A stretch of 64,000 nt of DNA, from the sequence record MT968995.1; one strand, given 5' to 3'. This DNA comes from Escherichia phage vB_EcoM_WL-3. Below, one piece after another: positions 54,862-63,061 of this stretch; positions within the stretch are counted from its first letter, which is position 1; every line of letters begins with the position of its first letter. The position numbers and the translations under genes are program-made. The notes below the pieces were generated by a model, which made no database searches, was not told the origin of the DNA, and was given only the letters and a program-made list of their open reading frames with translations.

Positions 54862-55518
54862 ATGGCAGCACCTAGAATATCATTTTCGCCCTCTGATATT
54901 CTGTTGGGTGTTCTAGATCGCTTGTTCAAAGATAATGCTACCGGGAAAGTTCTTGCTTCCCGGGTAGCTGTCGTAATTCTTTTGTTTATAATGGCGATTG
55001 TTTGGTATAGGGGAGATAGTTTCTTTGAGTACTATAAGCAATCAAAGTATGAAACATACAGTGAAATTATTGAAAAGGAAAGAAATGCACGCTTTGAATC
55101 TGTCGCCCTGGAACAACTCCAGATAGTTCACATATCATCTGAGGCAGACTTTAGTGCGGTGTATTCTTTCCGCCCTAAAAACTTAAACTATTTTGTTGAT
55201 ATTATAGCATATGAAGGAAAATTACCTTCAACAATAAGTGAAAAATCACTTGGAGGATATCCTGTTGATAAAACTATGGATGAATATACAGTTCATTTAA
55301 ATGGACGTCATTATTATTCCAATTCAAAATTTGCTTTTTTACCAACTAAAAAGCCTACTCCCGAAATAAATTACATGTATAGTTGTCCATATTTTAATTT
55401 GGATAATATCTATGCTGGAACAATAACCATGTACTGGTATAGAAATGATCATATAAGTAATGACCGCCTTGAATCAATATGTTCTCAGGCGGCCAGAATA
55501 TTAGGAAGGGCTAAATAA
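54862..55518 (+). CDS. t: Holin T
   Basis: 218-aa ORF; single N-terminal transmembrane segment and large periplasmic domain; T4 size and position. Confidence 0.9.
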   Translation: MAAPRISFSPSDILLGVLDRLFKDNATGKVLASRVAVVILLFIMAIVWYRGDSFFEYYKQSKYETYSEIIEKERNARFESVALEQLQIVHISSEADFSAVYSFRPKNLNYFVDIIAYEGKLPSTISEKSLGGYPVDKTMDEYTVHLNGRHYYSNSKFAFLPTKKPTPEINYMYSCPYFNLDNIYAGTITMYWYRNDHISNDRLESICSQAARILGRAK

Positions 55519-55791
55519 TTATTTGTTTGTATACATCTCTAGATATCGATATACACCCTCAAAACCCTCGTTGAATTCGTCGATGAGGGTTTTCTTATCT
55601 TCTTGTGTTAATTCAGAAACAATTTTACGGAATGAATTCTGATTTAACTTTCTACCTTCATGCGTTACTCCAATCTCATTCAGAAATGCAATAAAATTAG
55701 CACGATTCTCAACAATATCTTCTCTGGAAAATTTAATCAAAATAGACGCAACAGTAATAATTTCACGAACTGTATCAATGTTTTTATTCAT
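55519..55791 (-). CDS. asiA: AsiA anti-sigma-70 factor
   Basis: 90-aa ORF; T4 size and position. Confidence 0.9.
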   Translation of the reverse strand: MNKNIDTVREIITVASILIKFSREDIVENRANFIAFLNEIGVTHEGRKLNQNSFRKIVSELTQEDKKTLIDEFNEGFEGVYRYLEMYTNK

Positions 55792-55803
55792 TAACTACAC
55801 CAC

Positions 55804-55956
55804 TTAATTAGTTGACTTTATTATAATATCATCAGACGTTTGATTTGTAAACTGGTCTGTGTTATCTTCTTCAAAAATTTTTTCTACGAATTCCTTGAAC
55901 GACTCACGTTCCTGAACTACATTATGCTCGATTACCTTTTCAAGATTATGACTCAT
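55804..55956 (-). CDS. Small acidic protein between arn and asiA
   Basis: 50-aa ORF found by hand (MSHNLEKVIEHNVVQERESFKEF...); ATGA overlap with the arn stop. Confidence 0.4.
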   Translation of the reverse strand: MSHNLEKVIEHNVVQERESFKEFVEKIFEEDNTDQFTNQTSDDIIIKSTN

Positions 55957-56231
55957 TCGAAATAATCTTCAATTTCGTAATCATGGACGTAAATCATTAT
56001 AGTTTTTAATACATCATCAATACTTTTTCCTGGAGCTGGAATTACGTAAAAATACCCCGCCTTTGAGTTATCTTTATAAGTTCCAACCAAGAAATCATTA
56101 TTTTCAAGATGTAGTTCTTCAACTAATTCATCGACAATTGAGTGGTATAAATTTGGTAGAAACTTATATAGCTTTTCTAGAATGTCAATTTTGATTGTAT
56201 ATTGAACCACAGATTGAGAATCAATAATCAT
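55953..56231 (-). CDS. arn: Arn, anti-restriction (McrBC inhibitor) acidic protein
   Basis: 92-aa acidic ORF; T4 size and position. Confidence 0.7.
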   Translation of the reverse strand: MIIDSQSVVQYTIKIDILEKLYKFLPNLYHSIVDELVEELHLENNDFLVGTYKDNSKAGYFYVIPAPGKSIDDVLKTIMIYVHDYEIEDYFE

Positions 56232-56314
56232 AGACCTTCCCCTTATGTTTCTGTTTGCGATTAGATTCTTTAAACGCTTTCTTCTTATCTTTATGAACAG
56301 AAGCTTTATTAAAA

Positions 56315-56533
56315 TTATGTTTTGCGACTAAATTGTTCATAGTGCTGAATTACCTCTCTTAAACATTTGCATGTGAATGAAAACTTTTTAGCTACACCAC
56401 ATTCAAATATATGTTCTCTTAAATCACGTGTATCAGTATATCCCATCTCAACGATAAAATGCCGTATTAGATTTTTATCTTTATCATTGAGAGAATTAAA
56501 ATAATCAGATTTTGAATTAATTTCCCTGGCCAA
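56315..56533 (-). CDS. Small Cys-containing hypothetical protein
   Basis: 72-aa ORF. Confidence 0.45.
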   Translation of the reverse strand: MAREINSKSDYFNSLNDKDKNLIRHFIVEMGYTDTRDLREHIFECGVAKKFSFTCKCLREVIQHYEQFSRKT

Positions 56534-56813
56534 ATTGAATCACCTTCAGTTGACGTTTTAATTCTTTTATCATTTCTTCGTTCATCGCAATATAAAGATC
56601 ACGCAAAGCAGGTTTTAGCATTCCATTTACTGGAGAACTAAATGGACATACATAATCTTTTCCTACGAGCTTTTTAGTGAATTCCATATCACAGAATTTA
56701 AATCCCGGTTCATTGGTATAAATTCCCCAATTAGTTGACATCATTTTATTGGCATATTCCAGTGCCTGGATTTGATTCATAATTCCATCAATTTGAAACT
56801 TTTTAATATTCAT
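56517..56813 (-). CDS. Small hypothetical protein
   Basis: 98-aa ORF. Confidence 0.45.
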   Translation of the reverse strand: MNIKKFQIDGIMNQIQALEYANKMMSTNWGIYTNEPGFKFCDMEFTKKLVGKDYVCPFSSPVNGMLKPALRDLYIAMNEEMIKELKRQLKVIQFGQGN

Positions 56814-57274
56814 TAGTAAAGGTCCTCAGAGTAAAGTTCTTTTTCACTACCACCGCGTTCAATACGTACTTGTCCAGCGTAAGTTGCAATAATCATTGCT
56901 TCTTCACGTGTCCAATAATTACTATATTGGTCAATAAACCCTTGGTCATCATCACAAACTTGTTGAGTAACTAATTGAGGTTTAACTACATCTAAAACTT
57001 CTGCCATATCTTTAGAATAATGACGAGCACCTGGAATAATAAGAGTTCGTCCATCTTTTAATTTAAAACGGTTGGCTGCGCAAACAATCCGTCGTTGGTA
57101 CTTTTGGTTTTCATCCCAGTATGCAGACTGCCAACAGATTTCCGGAACTTCTGCAAGAATATCTTCTTCTGTGCATTTATAACCATGTGCTTTAAATTTT
57201 TGAACAAGACTTTCTGGAGTTTCACGAGATAAAGGAACATTCAGCATTTTTAAACGATTAATAAATGGATTCAT
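56813..57274 (-). CDS. Hypothetical protein
   Basis: 153-aa ORF. Confidence 0.5.
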   Translation of the reverse strand: MNPFINRLKMLNVPLSRETPESLVQKFKAHGYKCTEEDILAEVPEICWQSAYWDENQKYQRRIVCAANRFKLKDGRTLIIPGARHYSKDMAEVLDVVKPQLVTQQVCDDDQGFIDQYSNYWTREEAMIIATYAGQVRIERGGSEKELYSEDLY

Positions 57275-57600
57275 TTAAACCATCCTTTAATACGCTGCCA
57301 TAAAGTTTTCTGTTGAGCTTTGTTAACACCAATTGAGCGAATAACTGGTTGAGATTCCTGTAATTCTTTATAATCAGCAAGGTAAATTTCGTAAGCTGCA
57401 TCCGTGAATGAACTTATCGCTGCCATGAAATTGTTGCGAATACCTACTGGAGCATCTTTACTTTCACGAATAATCATGTATTTACCGGTCTTAATCTTTA
57501 CGATGGTTCCAAGATAAGCCCCGTGGTACCAGATGTCCCACCCCTCTTGAGTGGGTTCTGCACAGCGACGAAGTTCATTGATAATTTCTAACTTGTTCAT
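57271..57600 (-). CDS. Hypothetical protein upstream-adjacent to motA
   Basis: 109-aa ORF. Confidence 0.5.
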   Translation of the reverse strand: MNKLEIINELRRCAEPTQEGWDIWYHGAYLGTIVKIKTGKYMIIRESKDAPVGIRNNFMAAISSFTDAAYEIYLADYKELQESQPVIRSIGVNKAQQKTLWQRIKGWFK

Positions 57601-57610
57601 TATTTATTCC

Positions 57611-58246
57611 TCACAGTTCAGATGCTACGGTGATTACTGCTTCAATGTTTTCTGCCGAGCGTTTAATGTCAAGATACACATTACCGTTTTTAGCGATTTT
57701 ACATGACATTCCGATATCAGTAAATTTCTGAATATGATGTTCCATCATTTTGTATCCAAAAATTCGCATATTTCCATTGTTGTTAATTTCAAAATTACGA
57801 ATTCCGTGAGTGCGTTTTTCTAAAATAGCGAGATAGTTACTACGATAAGTTTCAACCTTTTTAAGAACAAATCCATTTTCATCTAAAAGTTTTAACATGA
57901 AGTCTTTATCTTCTTCCATATCAGAAGTAATCTCGCGAGCTTTACGTGTTGCTCGTTTTTTCAGCAGTTCAGGAGCGTTTTCCTGCGCGTATAAAGTTGC
58001 CGCATTTGAAATAATATCCTGAGCTTCACCTGTAATGATTAATCCATCACCAGATTTCTCCACCAGGCCTTTTTTAATCAATACCCCAATATTACTATTA
58101 ACTACTGCATTACCTAAATCTGGATGCACCTCACGAACTTCTGCGGCTGTAATGAAATCTTTCTTAGCAATGGTAATTAAAATCGCAGCAGTTTTTTCAT
58201 TCAGAACATCGTTAGAAGCTTTGATGATGTAAGTTACTTTAGACAT
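57611..58246 (-). CDS. motA: MotA middle-transcription activator
   Basis: 211-aa ORF; T4 size and position. Confidence 0.9.
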   Translation of the reverse strand: MSKVTYIIKASNDVLNEKTAAILITIAKKDFITAAEVREVHPDLGNAVVNSNIGVLIKKGLVEKSGDGLIITGEAQDIISNAATLYAQENAPELLKKRATRKAREITSDMEEDKDFMLKLLDENGFVLKKVETYRSNYLAILEKRTHGIRNFEINNNGNMRIFGYKMMEHHIQKFTDIGMSCKIAKNGNVYLDIKRSAENIEAVITVASEL

Positions 58247-58278
58247 TTTCTAATCTCCGTAATTCTGTATCAGTAGTT

Positions 58279-58368
58279 GATAGTTGTATAGTACCACAGT
58301 ATGCTTTGGTTGTAAACCGTTTTGTGAAAAATTTTTGAAATAAAAAAGGGAGAGCCTCGGCTCTCCCT
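58279..58368 (-). promoter_or_regulatory. Terminator hairpin plus early promoter cassette upstream of motA (PeSL-like)
   Basis: On the - strand: hairpin gggagagccgaggctctccc, TTTTTT, GTTTAC, TACTATAC; homologous to 41870-41958. Confidence 0.55.
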
Positions 58369-58372
58369 AAAA

Positions 58373-58522
58373 TTACTGCATGACTGTGATAACTGTCATG
58401 ATAACACGTTGAATTCCGAACGCAAGAAGACCTCCTGCTACGGCTGGAACAACGCCTAAACCCGCCAGTAAAATGCTACCAGATACTAATGCAGCGCTTG
58501 TAATACCAATGAATGGACTCAT
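58373..58522 (-). CDS. Small hydrophobic membrane peptide
   Basis: 49-aa ORF found by hand (MSPFIGITSAALVSGSILLAGLGVVPAVAGGLLAFGIQRVIMTVITVMQ); ATGA overlap with the gene 52 stop. Confidence 0.45.
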   Translation of the reverse strand: MSPFIGITSAALVSGSILLAGLGVVPAVAGGLLAFGIQRVIMTVITVMQ

Positions 58523-59847
58523 TTAATTTCCTCTAAATCTTTAGTGTATTCTGTAACTACATCAGTAGTTTTCCAATATTCGTTTTCTTCTTTCTTAGCT
58601 TTAGCTTCTTCAGCAAGTTTCTTTGCTTCATCAGAAGTCATATGAAAAATATTCATTCCGACTAGTTTATCAACATAAGAAGAATACATCTCAATTTTAG
58701 AAAGTTCTTCGGTCAGTTCTTTACGAGTTTTACCCTGCACAACAATTTCACCTGAAATTACTTTCTTAATGAAATGCGCCTTGGCAAAGGCTAAACGAAA
58801 TGCTGATTCAGTTTCTTTGATTTTGTTATCAATTCGCTTTTGGACATAAGTTTTACGAACTTCAACGAAGTCTTTGATTAAATCAACTACGTTATCGTAA
58901 ACTTGTAACTTTCCTTTCTCGTTGATGACTGTAATATTTTGGGAACGACGCTCAATCAACCCGAAGTCTTTCATGATTTTTGCATGGCGTTCTTCTTCGT
59001 TATCACTCAAAGAGTATTCTTTGCGGAATTTAACTTTAAAGCCAAAGCCATGCTCACCACAAGCATCATCCCATGTAATGAAGCCTTTATCTTCAAGCGG
59101 GTCTAAGATTTTACTCACATAAGTTTCACGATCATACTTATACGGAATCTCAGTGATATTCATTTGAGTTCGTGAAGTAAACTTGTACGTTCCACGAATT
59201 TCATATTGACCATCAATTTCAACGACTTCACCGCGAAATTCTGGGAATTCTACCTTCGGTTTAGTTACTTTCTTTCCTTGAAGAGCTTGTAGTACAGCTT
59301 TCTTGACAGAAGAAACACTATGAGGAAGAATGTAAGTTGCATAACCAGTTGCAATACCGGAAACACCATTAAGAAGAACAGTAGGAATAATAGGCAAATA
59401 GAAAGCAGGCGGAATGTGTTCTTTATCTTGATGTACCGGAGCATATTCAGTATCTTTATATACGTTATAGAAATTTTTACTTACACGAGCAAAAATATAA
59501 CGACTTGCCGCTGCTTTTTGAACGGTACGAGAACCAAAGTTTCCTTGACCATCTAACAAAGGAAAGTTATTATTCCAAGTGTTAGCCATCAAAGCCCCCG
59601 CATCTTGCGCAGAGTTTTCACCATGATGATATCCAAGGTCAGCTACACCACCTGCAATAGAAGCAAGTTTGTGAAACTTATCTTTATTTCCTCGCGCCAA
59701 ATCAAGAGCTCGAGCGATAACAAATCGTTGAACTGGCTTAAATCCATCAATCATATTTGGAATAGCACGATTTTCAACCGTGTACATAGCATAAGCCAAT
59801 GCTTCATTATCAATGATACTTTTTAAATCGCGATTATTCAGTTGCAT
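58519..59847 (-). CDS. 52: gp52 topoisomerase II medium subunit
   Basis: 442-aa ORF; T4 size and position. Confidence 0.9.
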   Translation of the reverse strand: MQLNNRDLKSIIDNEALAYAMYTVENRAIPNMIDGFKPVQRFVIARALDLARGNKDKFHKLASIAGGVADLGYHHGENSAQDAGALMANTWNNNFPLLDGQGNFGSRTVQKAAASRYIFARVSKNFYNVYKDTEYAPVHQDKEHIPPAFYLPIIPTVLLNGVSGIATGYATYILPHSVSSVKKAVLQALQGKKVTKPKVEFPEFRGEVVEIDGQYEIRGTYKFTSRTQMNITEIPYKYDRETYVSKILDPLEDKGFITWDDACGEHGFGFKVKFRKEYSLSDNEEERHAKIMKDFGLIERRSQNITVINEKGKLQVYDNVVDLIKDFVEVRKTYVQKRIDNKIKETESAFRLAFAKAHFIKKVISGEIVVQGKTRKELTEELSKIEMYSSYVDKLVGMNIFHMTSDEAKKLAEEAKAKKEENEYWKTTDVVTEYTKDLEEIK

Positions 59848-59851
59848 AAAT

Positions 59852-59992
59852 TTACCATACTAGTGAATGTAGTGCCATAATAACATCAGAAATGAAAAGC
59901 ACGACTTGAATTAATCCGAACATTACTCCATAATATAGTGCTACCAATAAAGCAGCAAGGGCTACCGAGTAGCCCAAGATTTTCTTAATCAT
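59852..59992 (-). CDS. Small hydrophobic membrane peptide
   Basis: 46-aa ORF found by hand (MIKKILGYSVALAALLVALYYGVMFGLIQ...). Confidence 0.4.
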   Translation of the reverse strand: MIKKILGYSVALAALLVALYYGVMFGLIQVVLFISDVIMALHSLVW

Positions 59993-60140
59993 TAGATAAC
60001 AACGCAAATGTTAAATATGCACACATACCCTGAGCTAAAGCTTGCGAAAACACACTGCTAGCATCAATACAAATAGTTAAAACACATGCTACTATCCAAC
60101 AAATAAATGAAATAACTCCTAATAGTTTTGCAATATTCAT
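59985..60140 (-). CDS. ac: Small hydrophobic membrane protein, possibly Ac
   Basis: 51-aa ORF found by hand (MNIAKLLGVISFICWIVACVLTICIDASS...); size and position fit T4 ac, assignment from memory only. Confidence 0.4.
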   Translation of the reverse strand: MNIAKLLGVISFICWIVACVLTICIDASSVFSQALAQGMCAYLTFALLSND

Positions 60141-60147
60141 ATTTTCC

Positions 60148-60228
60148 TCACTGGCGTCCGAAGACGCCTTTAGTTTTAAGATTGTTACGATAGAACTGCA
60201 TCACATGTTCGTTATGGAAATTACTCAT
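60148..60228 (-). CDS. stp: Stp peptide
   Basis: 26-aa ORF translating to [26 protein letters not shown], which matches my recollection of T4 Stp; directly downstream of ndd. Confidence 0.85.
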
Positions 60229-60683
60229 TAATATGCCTGCAAAACAAATTTAAAGTTATCAGCCAACATACGGTTCATTTCTTCAAGTGTTTGATACTCA
60301 GAATGATGATTACGAGTAAACGCTAAAGCTAACTGACCTTTTCCAAATCCCGTCGTCAGAGGTTTCATCTTAGAAGCAGGTAGATAAAATACCGTGTATG
60401 GAACATTGTTATTTGCAATAGTACGCGCAAGCTGAGATCGACGTTGACGAATATGACTTAGAACTGCACTGAATCCTTGCTTAGAACGCTGATTACCTAC
60501 ATAAAATCGCGCAGATACACACGGACTATCAAATGGACCACCAAATTTGCTTACTAAAAAGTAAAATCCAGGGTTAGACAAAATGTCTTTATGTGGAGTT
60601 CCAAAAACCCATTCACCGCCCTTGATTGTACCAATAACAGTTGCGCCTGCATTATTCAAATCAGTAACAGTCATATATTTCAT
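60228..60683 (-). CDS. ndd: Ndd nucleoid disruption protein
   Basis: 151-aa ORF; T4 size and position. Confidence 0.9.
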
Positions 60684-60742
60684 GTTATTTTCCTCTAATT
60701 ATTTTCTACTCCAAGGCCGCATGAATACACACGGCCGATAAA

Positions 60743-60958
60743 TTAATCGTCGCAGTCGACGCTCAATTCCCAGAACTCTTCTACAGTATAAGTTTCAGTA
60801 TCATTTTCAATACAGAAACGTTCATTACTGTTATTTGCTAAAGTAGCGTTAACTGTCATTTTCTCGCTAGTGCTTTTAAGAGGTGAAATACGAATTAACT
60901 GATCACCATTATCTAAACAGAAAATTTCACCGACCTTTACATCTTTAAAAATTTTCAT
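60743..60958 (-). CDS. Small protein (ndd.1 position)
   Basis: 71-aa ORF. Confidence 0.5.
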   Translation of the reverse strand: MKIFKDVKVGEIFCLDNGDQLIRISPLKSTSEKMTVNATLANNSNERFCIENDTETYTVEEFWELSVDCDD

Positions 60959-60966
60959 AATTCACC

Positions 60967-61077
60967 TCAAGGAGTATAAAATCCAAACGCAGTTGTTGAC
61001 CATCCCATCCAGTATGGGAAATTTGCACCAATGTAAAACATAAGAATATAAAACCAACCACTCAGCAAATTCATCAT
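60967..61077 (-). CDS. Small aromatic/hydrophobic peptide
   Basis: 36-aa ORF found by hand; ATGA overlap with the upstream ORF stop and GAGGTGA RBS for the next gene. Confidence 0.3.
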   Translation of the reverse strand: MMNLLSGWFYILMFYIGANFPYWMGWSTTAFGFYTP

Positions 61078-61292
61078 TTTACACCATTCCAAATTGTTTC
61101 AACCACAGATTTTAAGCCATTTTGATGAATGTCCATTCCGACAACCGTCATCAAATAGATTCCAACCACAACTGAACCCAAGGCGAAAATCAGCCAGAAA
61201 ATGAATAAAGCTGGAAAAATATTATCGAAAAACCATTCAATAAATGTAAAAGCACTACGTTTACGCTTCATATTTTCCTCACATAAATCCAA
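61074..61292 (-). CDS. Small membrane protein
   Basis: 72-aa ORF with a central transmembrane segment. Confidence 0.45.
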   Translation of the reverse strand: MDLCEENMKRKRSAFTFIEWFFDNIFPALFIFWLIFALGSVVVGIYLMTVVGMDIHQNGLKSVVETIWNGVK

Positions 61293-61389
61293 AGTAAGCG
61301 TTTAATACATCAATCATTAAAACGATTGGGAATATACTCAAAACTACTAGTATTATAACTACATTCCATATAGCTTTAACAATCTTTTT
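61279..61389 (-). CDS. Small hydrophobic peptide
   Basis: 37 aa from ATG 61389 downstream of an early promoter (61405-61450) and GGAGG RBS; the 82-aa ORF-track version runs through the promoter. Confidence 0.4.
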   Translation of the reverse strand, partial: KKIVKAIWNVVIILVVLSIFPIVLMIDVLNAYFGFM

Positions 61390-61457
61390 CATTTTCTGTT
61401 CCTCCGTAGTTGATAGGGTAATAATACCACAGAGGAACAGTCTTGTAAACAACTTTT

Positions 61458-61556
61458 TTAAAAATATTCGTAATAAATGTGAATACCAATCACTACTGCC
61501 GAAACTTGCGCAACCCACCATGCACAAGCAATAAGTACAGAATTCAAAATTTTCAT
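61458..61556 (-). CDS. Small hydrophobic peptide
   Basis: 32-aa ORF found by hand; ATGA overlap with the upstream ORF. Confidence 0.3.
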   Translation of the reverse strand: MKILNSVLIACAWWVAQVSAVVIGIHIYYEYF

Positions 61557-61642
61557 AATAACCTCATCACAAAAGTAAATGTTAAACAAATTAATGGAAT
61601 ACTAATTAACCAAATAAAACACCACCACCACAATGAACTCAT
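61553..61642 (-). CDS. Small hydrophobic peptide
   Basis: 29-aa ORF found by hand (MSSLWWWCFIWLISIPLICLTFTFVMRLL); ATGA overlap with the upstream ORF. Confidence 0.3.
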   Translation of the reverse strand: MSSLWWWCFIWLISIPLICLTFTFVMRLL

Positions 61643-61911
61643 AGTTCAATCTCAGCGATTTTCATTTCATTACTATTAATAGCCGCTTTAAGACTATCTG
61701 AAAGAATTACATTCCAGTGGTCATTCATATGACCATTAACTAAGCGTGTAATTTCTTCGGGAGTTGAAAAATAAGGCGTATCAGACTCCCAGTGCGATAG
61801 TCCCAAGCGAGTATAAATCATACCTTCATCATCGCTAGAATATTCAACTGACACAAACTCATCAGTTATTTTATGTTTAGCGTAATAAAATTTAAATTTC
61901 ATTTTACTCAA
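61639..61911 (-). CDS. Small protein
   Basis: 90-aa ORF. Confidence 0.5.
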   Translation of the reverse strand: MSKMKFKFYYAKHKITDEFVSVEYSSDDEGMIYTRLGLSHWESDTPYFSTPEEITRLVNGHMNDHWNVILSDSLKAAINSNEMKIAEIEL

Positions 61912-62114
61912 TAATCCGCTAAAAGATCGACAATTGCATCACGAAGACACTTATTCGCAATACGTTTAAGAGCAATTTCAGTTTCTGGAGCATTTTGAAT
62001 AATCATTGAATTCAATTCAGCCTCAGCAAACTGAAGTTCTTTAACTAATTCAGCTTTATATTTTCCTTGCCCTTTCTTAGCTTTTGCTCGTTTTAATTCA
62101 GCTGTAGTAAACAT
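61908..62114 (-). CDS. Small Lys-rich protein
   Basis: 68 aa from the internal ATG at 62114; an early promoter cassette (62140-62190) lies inside the longer ORF-track version. Confidence 0.45.
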   Translation of the reverse strand: MFTTAELKRAKAKKGQGKYKAELVKELQFAEAELNSMIIQNAPETEIALKRIANKCLRDAIVDLLADY

Positions 62115-62194
62115 TTTATTCTCCAAATCCGTATCAGTTGATAGTTGTATAGTACCACAGTCCTTGTGGTTTGTAAACCGTTTTGTGAAATTTT

Positions 62195-62752
62195 TTAAAT
62201 GGAAAGATACCATCCGTTGTAGTTGCTTTTTCTTACAACCTTACGAAGGTCTTCTCTATCACCGATGAACTTCGGAGTGTACTGGATGACACCTGGATGA
62301 ATTTCTTTAGTGTTGAATATAATTATACAGTCAGCGACTTGATGATTCAGAATGGGCCCTAGATTTATTCCAGAACCGTATGGATACTCCCCGCTGCATC
62401 CGGTTGTTACCGAAATCCAACGTGAGTCAGTTTGATGTGTTTTGACTTCTACACGAAGCCCACAGTATTTTGGATGCGCCAATACATCCCATGCGTATGT
62501 ATACGGGTCATTAACATCCTCTTGGCCTTTGTTAACATACCCGCTCAGCCAATCTGCTACAAAAAACTCTGCATACACAGCGATACGGCATCTTTCGATA
62601 ACTTCTGCTTTATCCTGATTTGGATTTTGTTTTAGAGAGTATCTTGCTGTATCAGCAATTTTGACCTTCATTTCACTAGTCAAGTCACTGTTCGATAGGG
62701 TAAATGTCGGAATCTGAAATAGTCTCTGTAAACCTGGATTCGTTTTCTGCAT
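62195..62752 (-). CDS. denB: Endonuclease IV
   Basis: 185-aa ORF; T4 size and position adjacent to rIIB. Confidence 0.8.
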   Translation of the reverse strand: MQKTNPGLQRLFQIPTFTLSNSDLTSEMKVKIADTARYSLKQNPNQDKAEVIERCRIAVYAEFFVADWLSGYVNKGQEDVNDPYTYAWDVLAHPKYCGLRVEVKTHQTDSRWISVTTGCSGEYPYGSGINLGPILNHQVADCIIIFNTKEIHPGVIQYTPKFIGDREDLRKVVRKSNYNGWYLSI

Positions 62753-62812
62753 TAAACTTTCCTTTCACGTCGGAATTACTGATATTCATATAATAAATCA
62801 TAACTTCCCTTA

Positions 62813-62840
62813 AAACAAAAGGGCCGAAGCCCTTTATTTT
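62813..62840. terminator. Bidirectional hairpin terminator
   Basis: gggc-cgaa-gccc hairpin flanked by an A-run and a T-run. Confidence 0.5.
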
Positions 62841-63033
62841 ATTTGAACTGTGCAATTCTTTTCTCTAAACAATCTGCATAAGATTTCATTGAGATAAACT
62901 GCGAAAGTAGTAATTCTTGCTCAACTGCATTAACCGTTGAAAACTTTTCACTTTCTAAAAATTTGCTCAGTGCATTAATTTTGAGCATTAATTGATCGTA
63001 TTCTTCTTTTACTCGTGCCTGATAACCTAACAT
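62839..63033 (-). CDS. Small protein (denB.1 position)
   Basis: 64 aa from the internal ATG preceded by hairpin and GAGGAAAAT; the ORF-track version starts inside the rIIB 3' end. Confidence 0.45.
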   Translation of the reverse strand: MLGYQARVKEEYDQLMLKINALSKFLESEKFSTVNAVEQELLLSQFISMKSYADCLEKRIAQFK

Positions 63034-63061
63034 AATTTTCCTCAGTAAGGGGCCGAAGCCC

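Noticed and set aside
56221-56340. Possible 39-aa basic peptide ORF overlapping the arn start and the 3' end of the 72-aa ORF
   Set aside because: It overlaps two better-supported ORFs in different frames and contains the arn ribosome-binding site; not enough support to call.
61279-61527. 82-aa ORF-track frame, and the 101-aa frame 61908-62213, taken at full length
   Set aside because: Their 5' portions run through recognisable early promoter cassettes (GTTTAC/-10 elements at 61405-61450 and 62140-62190). The real genes most likely start at the internal ATGs (61389 and 62114) downstream of the promoters.
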